DNA of 64,000 nt. Origin: Prochlorococcus sp. AG-679-M23 (GTDB taxonomy: Bacteria > Cyanobacteriota > Cyanobacteriia > PCC-6307 > Cyanobiaceae). Each line of letters begins with the position of its first letter. Position 1 is the stretch's first letter. The position numbers were made by a program, and so were the translations under genes. Positions 63,462-64,000 of the stretch are shown here, piece after piece. The notes beneath the pieces were generated by a model that made no database searches, was not told the DNA's origin, and saw only the letters and a program-made list of their open reading frames with translations. The stretch is taken from contig QCUR01000001.1 of the NCBI GenBank assembly GCA_003208875.1, positions 96,001 through 160,000 on the forward strand, written 5' to 3'.

Positions 63462-63812
63462 TTGGCAAAATATCCAAAAACTATAAATGCTTTTGATCTT
63501 AATGAATGGTTTAATTCTGAAGATGAAAATCCTATTATTATTGATGTTAGAGAGGATTCAGAACTCGAAATTGCATGTTTTCCTAGGGAATTTTTACATT
63601 TACCAATAAGTAAAGTTTCGGCTGAGTATGTAAAAACAAAAATAAGTGATATAAAAGATAAAAAGTTCGTTGTTCTTTGTCATGCCGGTATCAGAAGTTA
63701 TAATTTTGGACAATGGTCATTAGAAAATAACTTCGTAAACGAGATTTGGAATCTTGAAGAAGGTATAGATGGTTGGAGTAAGTATATTGATCAAACGATA
63801 CCTAGATATTAG
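63462..63812 (+). CDS. Rhodanese-domain protein
   Basis: IIDVRE, CHAGIRS, NLEEGIDGW. Confidence 0.9.
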   Translation: MAKYPKTINAFDLNEWFNSEDENPIIIDVREDSELEIACFPREFLHLPISKVSAEYVKTKISDIKDKKFVVLCHAGIRSYNFGQWSLENNFVNEIWNLEEGIDGWSKYIDQTIPRY

Positions 63813-63825
63813 TTACTCATAGTTA

Positions 63826-64000
63826 CTAAATATTCAAAGATGATGCGACAGTATTAACATCCTTATCTCCTCGACCAGAACAATTAATTACTATTTCAGT
63901 ATCTTTATCCAAGGTGGGACATAATTTTTCTAACCATGCAAAGGCATGAGCTGTTTCGAGTGCAGGGATAATTCCTTCTAATTCACTCACTAGTTTCAAA
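63826..64000 (-). CDS. trpB: Tryptophan synthase beta subunit, 3' end (partial)
   Basis: Reverse strand reads [13 protein letters not shown]...[20 protein letters not shown]. Confidence 0.93.
   Translation of the reverse strand, partial: LKLVSELEGIIPALETAHAFAWLEKLCPTLDKDTEIVINCSGRGDKDVNTVASSLNI

Overview
AT-rich (roughly 30% GC by eye), very gene-dense core-genome segment of a marine picocyanobacterium, most consistent with high-light Prochlorococcus marinus (hli, rpaA/rpaB, ycf3, ycf34, NDH-1, pds/zds/crtB, and no phycobilisome genes in the window). It holds about 66 CDS, partial at both ends (an ABC-F ATPase and trpB), plus tRNA-Asn(GTT). Three real small genes are missing from the ORF track: a 47-aa twin-Cx3C protein, a 48-aa Hli and a 30-aa PetL. 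I found no integrase, transposase, prophage, CRISPR array, rRNA or defence island. The best candidates for undescribed biology are: (1) a putative pterin operon (dual-domain PTPS with Cx5HGH motifs, RibD-like reductase, FemAB-like transferase, DUF4346); (2) a PlsX with a ~127-aa repeat-built N-terminal extension; (3) a perfect 22-bp palindrome upstream of the Cu-ATPase; (4) an scpA whose conserved N-terminus has no canonical start codon; (5) the twin-Cx3C microprotein; and (6) divergent genes that share or overlap their start codons. Family assignments come from motif recognition only; no searches were run.
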